DNA of 64,000 nucleotides from an uncultured Chthonomonadaceae bacterium (GCA_963817895.1 CAWFQB010000006.1:128001-192000), one strand, 5' to 3'; shown: positions 11,201-20,018, numbered from the stretch's first letter. Numbers and translations: made by a program. Notes: generated by a model from the sequence alone, not told the origin.

Positions 11201-11726
11201 CCGTGCCGCCATTCAAAACAATGTCCTGAGGATTAACGATGTTCACATATCCGAGGGGCCGGGGCTGCACGGGATCGAAAACGTCCACAATGTGCAGGCC
11301 GGGACGAGTGCCGTTTGTCAGCAAATAGGCCAGGTTGCCGGATACGAGAACGCGATGGACATTCGTGATGCCCGCCTGCGAAACAGGCGTAGGCAGCATT
11401 TCCGGCTTTTCGGCAAACGGCTGAATGTCCAGACGGGCGGCAATCGGCTGCAAAATGTCCCAATCCTGAACGGCTTCCGCCGTTTTGTACAGCCGTTTCA
11501 CCTGCGACCAGTAGCCGTAAGCGAACGGAGCGGTCTGCGCCACCTGTTTCCATTCGGCGCGGTTGGCGTCCGTAATTTCAATTGCGGGCAGGGCTGTGTT
11601 GACAGGCGGGAACGTATCGGCAGACGCTGACGACGCGGCAGGAGTTGTAGCGACTGCGCCCCCGCCGAACAAACGCTTGAACAGGGACGCAATCGCTCCC
11701 AATCCAGAAGGTTCTTCCTGAGCCAT
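8262..11726 (-). CDS. Large ARM/HEAT-like helical protein with inserted LVIVD-repeat beta-propeller (retron-associated)
   Basis: Repeats LHIVDVFDP, VLEVSDPANP, ILNVSNPAN, YDLSNP, IVDIAVATQP, AVDVTQLERP followed by a long Leu/Ala-rich helical region. ATG 11726 has a GGAGA RBS (ORF open from 11753); 4-nt gap to the SWIM gene. Confidence 0.75.
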   Translation of the reverse strand: MAQEEPSGLGAIASLFKRLFGGGAVATTPAASSASADTFPPVNTALPAIEITDANRAEWKQVAQTAPFAYGYWSQVKRLYKTAEAVQDWDILQPIAARLDIQPFAEKPEMLPTPVSQAGITNVHRVLVSGNLAYLLTNGTRPGLHIVDVFDPVQPRPLGYVNIVNPQDIVLNGGTAYVLQGGQNYNKEGMVHVLEVSDPANPRSIGAGDLKYPTRIAYLGAAVAVISNHYRESYLTILNVSNPANLVTVSKTKIDVPLSFAVANQRIYILSGERYNNRQKIVTYDLSNPFQPRQVNSLDVPGATDIAIRDNHLFVTVGRANYYETASENLGLRVYRLDAAHIPVIPAITLKFESATSLVLGKGHAFVSFEGPGYNNVEQSGVKIVDIAVATQPRIVGEFTGGRGGRIAVSAAAPHLLFLALQTENHLPALFQAVDVTQLERPFLLGALPSNQTFGYMKRRVRRALRTLAEQDPARYIQQAVQILLTTGKDRTEIDARVQWVSMDILYGNSRRYEQAGHGRGAYILKGNHLNMRTREERYPEFWDRYPQHAETLFATPELPWQTQEAACKMLRGMKRDLPAIPDATLIRFLQSPSALLVSVATCALAAKLNNNETIAVDLAAETFFKGSGRSRKAVTDYIARQTSLSSRWSNPFANRLYKLAGEKVEGSRLTRRQGLAFAYLVAHFPAVLSKQVTPQLAVMLYATRRAELLAWGLDTFRQAPLAYLDVWLQAIEAVEVDLRDSALDAIDANVRSKPIPPAKIKELVNSTSEWIRRVSWDLIAASATPDSDLIPIWDSLLAATTETDALRTATASSSAIALFNRLSLDGTRLQGLLETRPFLVGLLPQSALQNIVRVLPVASILGLAQAATDTQWPELRQIIVNGLEQSGQISAFWQLAWKQVGAANNPTLTARLLEDDVLSATFLTLNDPEFLNTSNPLYNAILGRWVQAHENLFAADSSALLQIATHALPDIRAWGLQRVAQVGMRMPFALRLLESELPPAVAMGDTFFEAVPPNDEHSIEYITALCDSPKALVRAYGREYLLARWEKVDHEAVFSRLSENTDPQMQAFLAQRLLKTGERFAQAPTFDRQVLRARNQSRTAKELVKRRLDAEPSQDIPLLLELARGRSSRDAEWALGQLARLALTGVEIEGVEV

Positions 11727-11767
11727 AACCGTTTCTCCCAGGTTCCAAATCATTTTAATTCAACAGT

Positions 11768-11815
11768 TCCCCTTCTCCCAGGCTTTTTTGGGAGAAGGGG
11801 TCAGGGGTTGAGGGC
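11768..11815. repeat. REP-like CCCTTCTCCC..GGGAGAAGGG palindrome
   Basis: Related copies near 660-700, 26618-26660 and 58590-58807. Confidence 0.75.
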
Positions 11816-11827
11816 TATTATGCAAAT

Positions 11828-12045
11828 GCGAACAGGCCACTAATCACGTAAAGAACCGGCGGCGATCACTGTAGGCCTGCGCATTAATTGCACCTGCTTG
11901 ACGAGTATGGACTTGTCGCCTCAGCGTCGAAAACAAGCAGGTGCAATTAATGCGCAGGCTGAGTAGAATTGCTGTCCGGTGCTGAATGACAGGCATAACC
12001 GCAGCCACGGCGAAACGCCGCAGGCCCAATGCTGGCAATGTTCGC
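11828..12045 (-). ncRNA. Retron msr-msd ncRNA, array unit 1
   Basis: Imperfect a1/a2 arms 11828-11839 / 12033-12045; candidate branching G in AGC (complement of C12032); perfect 26-bp msd stem 11875-11900 / 11934-11959; msr hairpin CGGCG-AAA-CGCCG. Confidence 0.8.
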
Positions 12046-12056
12046 GCAAACAATTT

Positions 12057-12154
12057 TTGTTTGAACCATGATTTATGTGATTTGATGATTAACATGATGA
12101 TACATTTCCTCAATCATGCTAATCCTGAAATCATCAAAATCATGGTTCAAACAA
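12057..12154. repeat. TTGAACCATGAT-family palindromic repeat (MITE/REP-like) between ncRNA units 1 and 2
   Basis: 18-bp arms TTGTTTGAACCATGATTT / AAATCATGGTTCAAACAA; relative at 61753-61912. Confidence 0.8.
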
Positions 12155-12167
12155 TCACAAACAGCAG

Positions 12168-12386
12168 AATGGAGTCATCACTGATCTTGTAAGGAACCGG
12201 CGGCAATCACTGTAGGCGGCAGGGGGGTACCCATCGCCGAAGCGAACATGAACTCGTTTACTCAGCGTCGAAGGTCCGGCGATGGGTACCCCCCTGCCGC
12301 TGAGTAGAATTGCTGCCCGGTGACGGATGACAGGCATGACTTCAGCCGCGACGAAACATCGCAGACTTGCTGCTGACAACTCCATT
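12168..12386 (-). ncRNA. Retron msr-msd ncRNA, array unit 2
   Basis: 13-bp a1/a2 stem 12168-12180 / 12374-12386, fully paired only on the minus-strand RNA (two G-U pairs); branching G at 12373; perfect 24-bp stem 12216-12239 / 12277-12300. Confidence 0.85.
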
Positions 12387-12392
12387 ATGGTT

Positions 12393-12446
12393 AGGAAAAA
12401 GGAGAAAGGAAAAAGCCGTTCGTTTCGAGGCTTTCTCCTTTTTCCT
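12393..12446. other. 16-bp hairpin in the spacer between ncRNA units 2 and 3
   Basis: AGGAAAAAGGAGAAAG (12393-12408) / CTTTCTCCTTTTTCCT (12431-12446). Confidence 0.7.
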
Positions 12447-12456
12447 GTATAGGGTC

Positions 12457-12679
12457 GAGCCGAAAAGTTACTAATCCTGTTGGAAACCGGCGGCAATCAC
12501 TGTAGGCGGCAGGGTGCGAGTTGTCGCCGGGACGAGCATGGGCGCGTCTTCTCAGCGTCGAAGTTGCGGCGACAACTCGCACCCTGCCGCTGAGTAGAAT
12601 TGCTGTCCGGCGCTGGATGACGGGCGTAACTACAGCCATGGCGAAACGCCATAGACGTGCTGCTAACCTGTTTCGGCTC
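12457..12679 (-). ncRNA. Retron msr-msd ncRNA, array unit 3
   Basis: a1/a2 arms 12457-12470 / 12664-12679; TTAGC branching-G context (G at 12663); perfect 24-bp stem 12506-12529 / 12567-12590; msr hairpin ATGGCG-AAA-CGCCAT. Confidence 0.85.
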
Positions 12680-12902
12680 TCGAACGGGTGTTACATGGCT
12701 GCCACTAAGGACGAAGCCTCAAAAGCGGAAAGCCTCTGTATAATACGCCACTCAGGGTGGCAAATTCCTTCATTCTGGCAAATTGGCATGAATTTGTCCC
12801 TGCTCAAGCCTGCTTTGCCTGCATTGATGTTAACATCTGTGTCTTGCCGCGCCTCACAGGATGATTTCAAAGAAAGTTAATGCCCACTCTCCTTGTTAAA
12901 TT

Positions 12903-13079
12903 TTCACTACCGGACACATTCCTGCCAGGGGTTGAAAACCCCTGTCTCAATGGCCTGCGGTCAAGCGTCCTACGGACGCCAATTCAGCGTTTAACAGCCT
13001 ACCGCGTCCGTAGGACGCTTGGCGGAACGCCACTCAGACGGGTATTTTCAATGCCCGGAAAAAGGTGTCCGGTAGTGAA
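12903..13079. repeat. Long REP-like palindrome (GGGTTGAAAACCC / CGTCCTACGGACG family)
   Basis: Outer arms TTCACTACCGGACAC / GTGTCCGGTAGTGAA and inner AAGCGTCCTACGGACGC / GCGTCCGTAGGACGCTT; relatives near 23855-23960, 46000-46062 and 59475-59582. Confidence 0.8.
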
Positions 13080-13273
13080 GTTAAATTTAACTTTGAAGCA
13101 AAATTTGCGCAAAATGGCGCTTAACCTGACGTTTTTGCAACGCCAGTCCGCTATACTGCTCCCCGTAGAAGAAATCATTCAATGTTTAGAGGTTGTTAGA
13201 GACAGCAGATCGAAGCCGATGTTGCTGTCCCCTGTCAGCTTCAATCTCAATCCAACGTGGAGATACAGCAAGC

Positions 13274-16200
13274 ATGAGTTTACCACCCGATGAGAAACAC
13301 TCCCTTGACCGGCGCGACCTGCTGCGTTACGCGGGCGCATTAACAAGCGCACTCCTTTTATCCGGCTGTAGCAGCGGCAGCAACCCTACAACTCCCGGAA
13401 ATCCAACAAATCCCACTGGCACATCAGGAGCAACATCCACTGTGCTGGACGTATCCCGAACCAAACTTACAGGCGATCTTGCCAATCAACTCACTCAATA
13501 CTCTTATGCCGGGAAGCTTCTGTCTGAAACCATGAGTCAGCCTTCGGCAGCCGCCGATGAATCAATGGCTTTTCTGAACAGCCTGCCAACCTCCCGGGCA
13601 ACAACGGATACTCCCTCTCACGAAAACGCTGCTACATACGTCCAAATCTGCTTTCATGCTCAACGTACTGCCAATATCGTGTATGAGCGTCTGATGGACA
13701 CTATCCTGACGCTCGATGACCTCGCTTATCAGGGGGATACCATCGTCAGCCAAAATCCATTGCCTGCAAACGCGAACCTGAGCAACCCGCAGTGGGGGAC
13801 GGCAATGATGTCGCGCATGTATGCTGCCGCAATGACAATTGGCGGCATGATGCGCTACTGGCAGTTCGGCTATTTGCAGCAACTTATGGATGCGGTAACA
13901 AGCGAACCGGATGAGCTTAGTCGTCTTGCCATGTATGCTGTACTCGCGAACACCTACAACAACTGGATTGATAGTATCACTCAACACCTTGGAGGGGCGC
14001 AGTCTTCTTGGAAATTGGAAATTTCCGAGAATGTTACGCCCGACAGCGTGATCAATGAGGTGGGGCGTATTCCCTCAATTCTTGCGCAAATTCCATTCTG
14101 TCCTGGATACCGGTTCGGTTCCTCCCGAAGTCGGGCAGGAATTGGGGACTCGCTCGGCGAGGTAGTGGATACAGCAATCGACAAGGCTAAACACTTGTTT
14201 GTCGATTCCTTAAGCGAACACTACAAAGAAGGCACTGTAACTGGGGAAGCCTGGAAGAAAAACCCTAGTTTTTCATCTCCTGTGGTTCAAGATGCCTTGT
14301 TGAATGATACAAAAAAAATTACCACCAAGTACGCGCAGAAGCTAGGAGACGAAGTTAAGAAACCCGGTTTTTACGTTGACCTGGCGGCAGCCGCGCTTTC
14401 CAAGTCGGGGAATTTGAACGCAGAAGCAGTGGGCTGTAGCATCTCCCTGGGCCGATCCGTACTTTCGATAGCGGCTGATGGAGCGGAGATTGCTGCCACT
14501 GTTCCCACTGCGCCAACAGGACTTGGCTTGGTTGCGCTGGGGTTCGAAGGAGTATTGCCCTGTGTGCCACAATAGGTTGAGACAAAATCCCGTACACGAA
14601 ATAGTGTAGATCGCCAGGGCGGAGAATGGATTTCTCAGATGAATACGCCGTTGACAGACAGCCCAACCACTCGCCTCACCAACAATGGACACCACAGCGC
14701 GCCCTCCCCCGCGCTGCGCCCGGAGGCGCAGGTGCAAACGCGCCCCACGCGCCGCCGCTTTACCGCTGCGTACAAGCTGCGCATCCTTAAAGAAGCCGAC
14801 GCCTGCGTCAAGCCGGGAGAGTTGGGGGCGCTGCTTCGCCGCGAAGGGCTGTACTCCTCCACGCTTGCCAACTTCCGCAAACTGCGCGAGGCGGGTCAGT
14901 TGGGCGAGAAGAACTCTGCCCAGGCGCAGAAGCAGCGCAAAGACAAAGAAGCCGCCCGCCAACGCGATGCCCGCAGGATGGCCGCTCTGGAAACCGAGAA
15001 CCAGAAACTGCGCGTTCTGCTGGAACTCCAAAAAAAAGTAGCGGCCTTGCTCGACCTGACACTGGAAGAAACGCCGCCCGAATAAGCCTGGTTGCCGAAG
15101 CGGGCGCAACGACCGGGATTGGCCGCGCCTGTGATGCGGTGCAACTGAGCCGCGCCCGCTTCTACCGGGAGCAACACGCTGGTACGGGCACAATCCAAGA
15201 AGGCGTCCTTGTTCCCAAAGCACAACGGGGTTCTCCTCGCCGCTTGTCGGAAGAGGAACGCGCCCTGTTGCTCAATCTACTCTTGTCGGAACGCTTTGTA
15301 GACGCTTCGCCCCGGCAGGTGTATGCGCAATTGCTGCAAGAAGGCGTGTATCACGCTTCCTATCGCACGATGTATCGCCTGCTGCACGAACACCAAGCCA
15401 TCTGTGAGCGTCGGCGGGTTCGCAGGCATCCGGCGTATAGCAAACCTGAACTTAAGGCAACCGGCCCTAATCAGGTGTGGACATGGGACATCACCTACTT
15501 GAAGACGCCCATTCGGGTCGCTTCTATTACTTATATGTGGTTATGGACATCTACAGTCGTTATGTGGTCGGCTGGATGCTCGCAGACCGGGAGTGTCAAT
15601 ACCTGGCGCACAAGCTGCTGCAAGAAACCTGTCGTAAATACAACATCGCGCCTAACCAACTCACCCTCCATGCGGATCGCGGCGGGCCGATGAAAAGCCA
15701 GTCGGTAGCGCAGCTCTTACTTTCGTTGCAGGTGACCCGTTCGCACAGCCGCCCGCGTGTCAGCAACGACAACCCGTACTCGGAAGCCGGGTTCAAAACG
15801 ATGAAGTACAGCGCCTACTTCCCGGAGCGCTTTAGCAGCCAGGAAGACGCGCAGACGTTCTGCCAGGACTACTTTGTCGGGTACAATACGTGCCACCACC
15901 ATACCGGCTTGGTGTTGCTTACGCCCGAACAGGTGCATTTCGGCGAAGCAACGCAGGTATTGGCGCAGCGGCAAGTCACGTTAGATAACGCCTATGCCGC
16001 GCATCCGCAACGCTTTCGAGAGCGTCCGCAGGCGGGGCAGTTACCCAACGTCGTCTGGATCAATGCGCCTGCGTTGCCCGTTGGCGAAGGCACAGCACCG
16101 GTTGCCGGTTGAGTGGCGAGGAATGACTGCTCGCTACATAAAAATACTTTCGCTTTTTGTCTCAAAATCCTTGACACATTCCGTTGCTCTATCAAAGTGT

Positions 16201-16970
16201 TAAGCAATTCTTGAAGGAACGCAAATGAGTGTACTGACAAGTTGGCCCCGCTGATTCAAGATGGACTTCAGAACGGAGCGCAACTGTGGAACATGACCTT
16301 TGTACCCGACAGCGGCACTCCATCGGGCGCTCAGTTTGCGGCGGCTCAGGTTAATGCTACCGCGCCCGGTCCGTTTGCGGAGTGTGACGCTTTGTGGAGA
16401 AGCGGGCCGAGAGCGACCACAATGCAAACCCTGCCGGTCCCGCCTCCGACACCCGGTTCGCCGGACTTGCCGAAACTTGCCAGCAATCCTAAAGCGGCGC
16501 GCGTGGTGATTTCGGGGTATGGCGGCAACAACGCGCCCCATTCTGACGGGAACATTCCGCGTACCTTTGACAACATTGCAAATGCCACTGCCGCGCTGCT
16601 GTACGATCTGGGACAGCGCAATGCGCAGTTCATACAGCCCTCAATCTCTGCCAACTCCATCTCCTTTCTGGCATCAAACTTCGCGATTTATATCAGGCGC
16701 GAAGTGGGCAGCACAAGAGCCGCTGTTCCGCCGATTACAGATGCGGAGTTGATCTGCGCCAGCCCCGGCTACATTCCGAAACGCACTGTCGGAACCGTTG
16801 ATTTAACATCCATCGGCAGCCTGCCTGATTTGAAACCGATCAGCGCGTTAGGTTTTGGGTTTGATGTCAACGTGAAAAGCGCATCGGGAGTACACAACTC
16901 TCCCAACGTAAGGGGCGCAAATGGGCGAAATCCATTTCAATTCAAAGGAGGACGCAACAATGGACGTTAA
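13274..16970 (+). pseudogene. Tat-lipoprotein hypothetical gene interrupted by an IS3-family element
   Basis: DRRDLL...LLLSGC signal. Removing 14559-16183 and one TTGC joins ...FEGVL to LYQSVKQFLK; one further indel near 16217 joins ORF 16242-16970. Confidence 0.75.
14559..16183 (+). mobile_element. IS3-family insertion sequence (orfA 14639-15085; orfB ~15082-16112, rve integrase)
   Basis: Imperfect terminal IRs containing TGAGACAAAA / TTTTGTCTCA; TTGC duplication at 14555-14558 and 16184-16187; A8G slippery site at 15030; WTWDITYL, DIYSRYVVGW, HADRG, NDNPYSEAGFKTMK; extra indel near 15515. Confidence 0.9.
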
Positions 16971-17994
16971 AGTAGGTTGGCTTTGCGTTCCCCTGCTGGC
17001 GGCTTGTCTGTGCGGGTGTGGCGGGAATGGATCGAATCAGAGCGTGGTCAACGCTATGGGCGGTAACACGTCTGCCCCTGCATCTAATACGGTGGCGAAG
17101 TCTACAGGCCGACTGGCTTTTCGTATTCAGTGGCCTGCTCAGTCAAAAAAGGCGTCACGCTATCTGCCGATTTACGCGCAAAGCCTGTACATCGAAGTGT
17201 ATCCAAAAGGCAACGCCGCGCAGCGATATACGGCAGTCGCCAATCGTCCCACTGATGGCGAGACTTCCCAAACCATTACAATAGAAAGCCTGTTGCCCGT
17301 AGGAACTTACGCGATAGCCTGCGCCGCGCGAGCAGATGTTGGCGGACAGGGCGCAACGGTCGCCATCGCCACAACCAAATCGCAGCTCAATGCAGGGCAA
17401 ACCGCAACCGTTGACTTGACGCTCAATAGTACGCTGAAATCCCTGACCCTGCTGAATCAGCCGTTCATCGTGAAAATGGGAACCACGCTGCAATTGCAGG
17501 CGAACGCTGTAGACCCGGATGGCGCGATTGTGCTGCTGCCCGCTTCGGCGCTACAGTTCAGCGTGGTGTCGGGACAAGCGGCGGGCGTGGTTTCGGATGC
17601 TGGACTGTTCACCGGACAGCAAAACGGCGCGGCGCGTATTCGCGTCACCGAACCCAACGCCAACATTGCCGCCGAAGCGGACGCGTACGTTGCCGACCAG
17701 AACTTTTTTCAGGTGCTGAACCAGCCGCTTACCCTCAAAGCCGGACAGAGCCTCGCGCTTCAGGTCGCTATTGTTGATTTGACCGGCAAGCCCACAAATC
17801 AGCCGTTTGGGAAAGTCACCTGGAAACTGGTGAGCGGAAGCGATTTCGCGAACCTGACGCCGGATGGCACATTGACAGCCAATGGAGAGGGAACCGCGCG
17901 GGTACAGGCCACCGAGGATAAGCTGGGGCTGACAGCGCAGGCCGATATAACGATTGTGGCCTATGGAACGGGGGTGAACGTTGGAATCCAGTAA
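16960..17994 (+). CDS. Lipoprotein with bacterial Ig-like (Big_2-type) repeats
   Basis: AAGGAGG RBS; LAACLCGCGG lipobox; two repeats of LNQP...G..LQ..W/F.VVSG....DG..T....G.ARI/V. Confidence 0.75.
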   Translation: MDVKVGWLCVPLLAACLCGCGGNGSNQSVVNAMGGNTSAPASNTVAKSTGRLAFRIQWPAQSKKASRYLPIYAQSLYIEVYPKGNAAQRYTAVANRPTDGETSQTITIESLLPVGTYAIACAARADVGGQGATVAIATTKSQLNAGQTATVDLTLNSTLKSLTLLNQPFIVKMGTTLQLQANAVDPDGAIVLLPASALQFSVVSGQAAGVVSDAGLFTGQQNGAARIRVTEPNANIAAEADAYVADQNFFQVLNQPLTLKAGQSLALQVAIVDLTGKPTNQPFGKVTWKLVSGSDFANLTPDGTLTANGEGTARVQATEDKLGLTAQADITIVAYGTGVNVGIQ

Positions 17995-19877
17995 CAAAAA
18001 ACAGCAGAATTTGACCCGCCGCAACTTTGCCCTGCTGTTGGGTAGTTCGGGAATCGCTGTCTCGCTGACCGGCTGCGGCGGCGGTTCGGGGAAATCCAGC
18101 GTGGCTGCCAGCAAGGGTACGGGCAAAGTGCGCCTGCGTATCGTGTGGCCTCCAAAGAACAGGGCCACGCCTCCGCATCGTTACATTCCCTCCTACGCGC
18201 AAAGCATGGTGCTGAACTTAATTCACAACGCTGCCGGGTGTCCGGTACGATCTGACGATAAACCGGCCTGCGGATGGCAGCGCAAACCAAACCGTTCTGT
18301 TCGATCAGGAAATTCGGGTTGGAACGTATGTTCTGAACGCTGCGGCGCAGCAGGATTTGGATGGCAAAGGCACAACCGTTGCCGCCGCTTCCAGCCAGGT
18401 TGTCGTGACGTTCAATCAGACTGCCGACGCCAACCTCACCATGTCCAGCACGATCTCGACGGTGAAGGTTCTCGGGCAGCCGATCAAACTGCCGATGGGC
18501 CAGCATATTACGCTGTCGGGGCAGGCGCTGGATCGGGATGGATATGTCCTCGTGCTTGTGGGCGGCGCATTGCAGTGGACGCTTGTTTCGGGAAACGCCT
18601 TTGCCGATTTAACGCCCGATGGAGTTTTGACCGGCAAAACGCCGGGAACCGCCCGAGTGCGCCTATCGGAACCGGGAGCCGGTATTTCCGATGAGGCGGA
18701 TGTGCAGATTATCGCCACAACATTGTCCCTGGCAAATTCCGGGTGGGCTAAATACCGGGGCGGTATCGGGAACGGCGCGGTGGGCGCGGGAAGCGGCGCG
18801 ACCAACAACATCAAGTGGAACACGACACTCACAGCCTCATCCGCGGACGCAATTCACATGGTCATCGGCGCGGATGGAACGCTGTACGTTCCAGATAACA
18901 CAACCGGCGCGCTGACGGCCTACGACAGCGCGGGCGCGCAAAAATGGACGGCGGCTGGCGTCAGCGCGAACGGCGGCGTCGTGATTGCCTCGGATGGAAC
19001 CGCGATTGTCACGTCGCCCAACCGGAAACTGCAAACGCTTGACAGCGCGACGCAGGCCGTCAAATGGACTTTCAATGATACCGGAAGCAGCAACTATTCG
19101 GGGCCGACGCTCGCGCCCAACGGCTTGATTTACATGGTTGCCGATAACACGCTGTACGCCATTTCCAGTGACAGCGGCGCGCTGGCGTGGAAGTATGTGG
19201 CGGATGCGCCCCTAATACCCTCCACGCCTTGTATCGGCCCGGATGGAACCGTATTCATCTCGACAAACGCTTCGGTTCAGGCCATCAGCGCGGGGCAGAT
19301 GGTGTGGCGGGCTGCGCTTGAGAGTGGAGCAGCGGCTCCGATTGCTATGCCGGTTTTAAGCAGTGACGGCAGTACCCTGTTCATATCGGGGTTGTTCTAC
19401 GGCTCGTATTCGCTTTATGCTCTGAGCAGCAGTTCCGGGGCATTCCTGTGGAAGTATGCGGGAGCCAACTGGTTTGGTTCTTTGCCCGCTGTCTCCCCAA
19501 CCGAAAACGTTGTCTACTACATCAATGGTCACTTTTCCAGTGGCATCGTCGGATTCAATGGAGGATACAACCTCTTCGCTTTTGACGGAGCGACAGGAAA
19601 CCAGAAATGGTCGTATAGTTCAGGAGGTTTTGTTGGAACAAGCAACCCCATTGTTGCCGCTGATGGAATCGTCTACTACGGATACGACTACAATCCCGGC
19701 GGCACCTTCAATTATCCTTCTCCCGCCGCTCTGCTCGCGCTTAAGCCAACGGACGGCAGTGCGCAATGGGCGTACATCAGCCCCAATGGCGGAACCGCCT
19801 CCGTATATCCTGCTGCTGTTGGATCAGACGGAACGTTGTACGCGGTGTCAAGCGGGAGCCTGATCGCGTTCAAGTAG
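17981..19877 (+). CDS. Tat-lipoprotein with Ig-like domain and PQQ-like (BamB-type) beta-propeller; frameshifted near 18220
   Basis: LTRRNF...LTGCGGG N-terminus paralogous to the upstream gene; GADGTLYV, GPDGTVFI, G..KWSY repeats in ORF 18357-19877. Confidence 0.75.
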
Positions 19878-19958
19878 CCAGAAATAAGACACCTTTCTCA
19901 GGAGTCTACTTGCGAATACAGGCTTTCTGTTGTTCACGGCAACTTTGAAAACGTTTCA

Positions 19959-19990
19959 AAAATGCCGCGTCTGCACGGACGCGGCATTTT
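19959..19990. terminator. Probable bidirectional intrinsic terminator
   Basis: AAAATGCCGCGTC-TGCACG-GACGCGGCATTTT between convergent genes. Confidence 0.6.
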
Positions 19991-20018
19991 ATACTGTTTC
20001 GCTCTTTGCGCGAACATC

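Noticed and set aside
11840..12663. CRISPR array interpretation of the repeats
   Set aside because: Units are ~220 nt with internal hairpins, the variable parts are self-complementary stems, and no cas genes are present.
12730..12770. Sigma70 promoter for the array (minus-strand TTGCCA ... TATTAT/TATACA)
   Set aside because: Spacing is 12 or 15 nt, too weak to call.
11844..13293. Short ORFs over the array and the adjacent palindrome (11844-12113, 12155-12496, 12391-12639, 12521-12880, 12880-13293)
   Set aside because: No RBS or family signal; variation follows base-pairing rather than codon structure.
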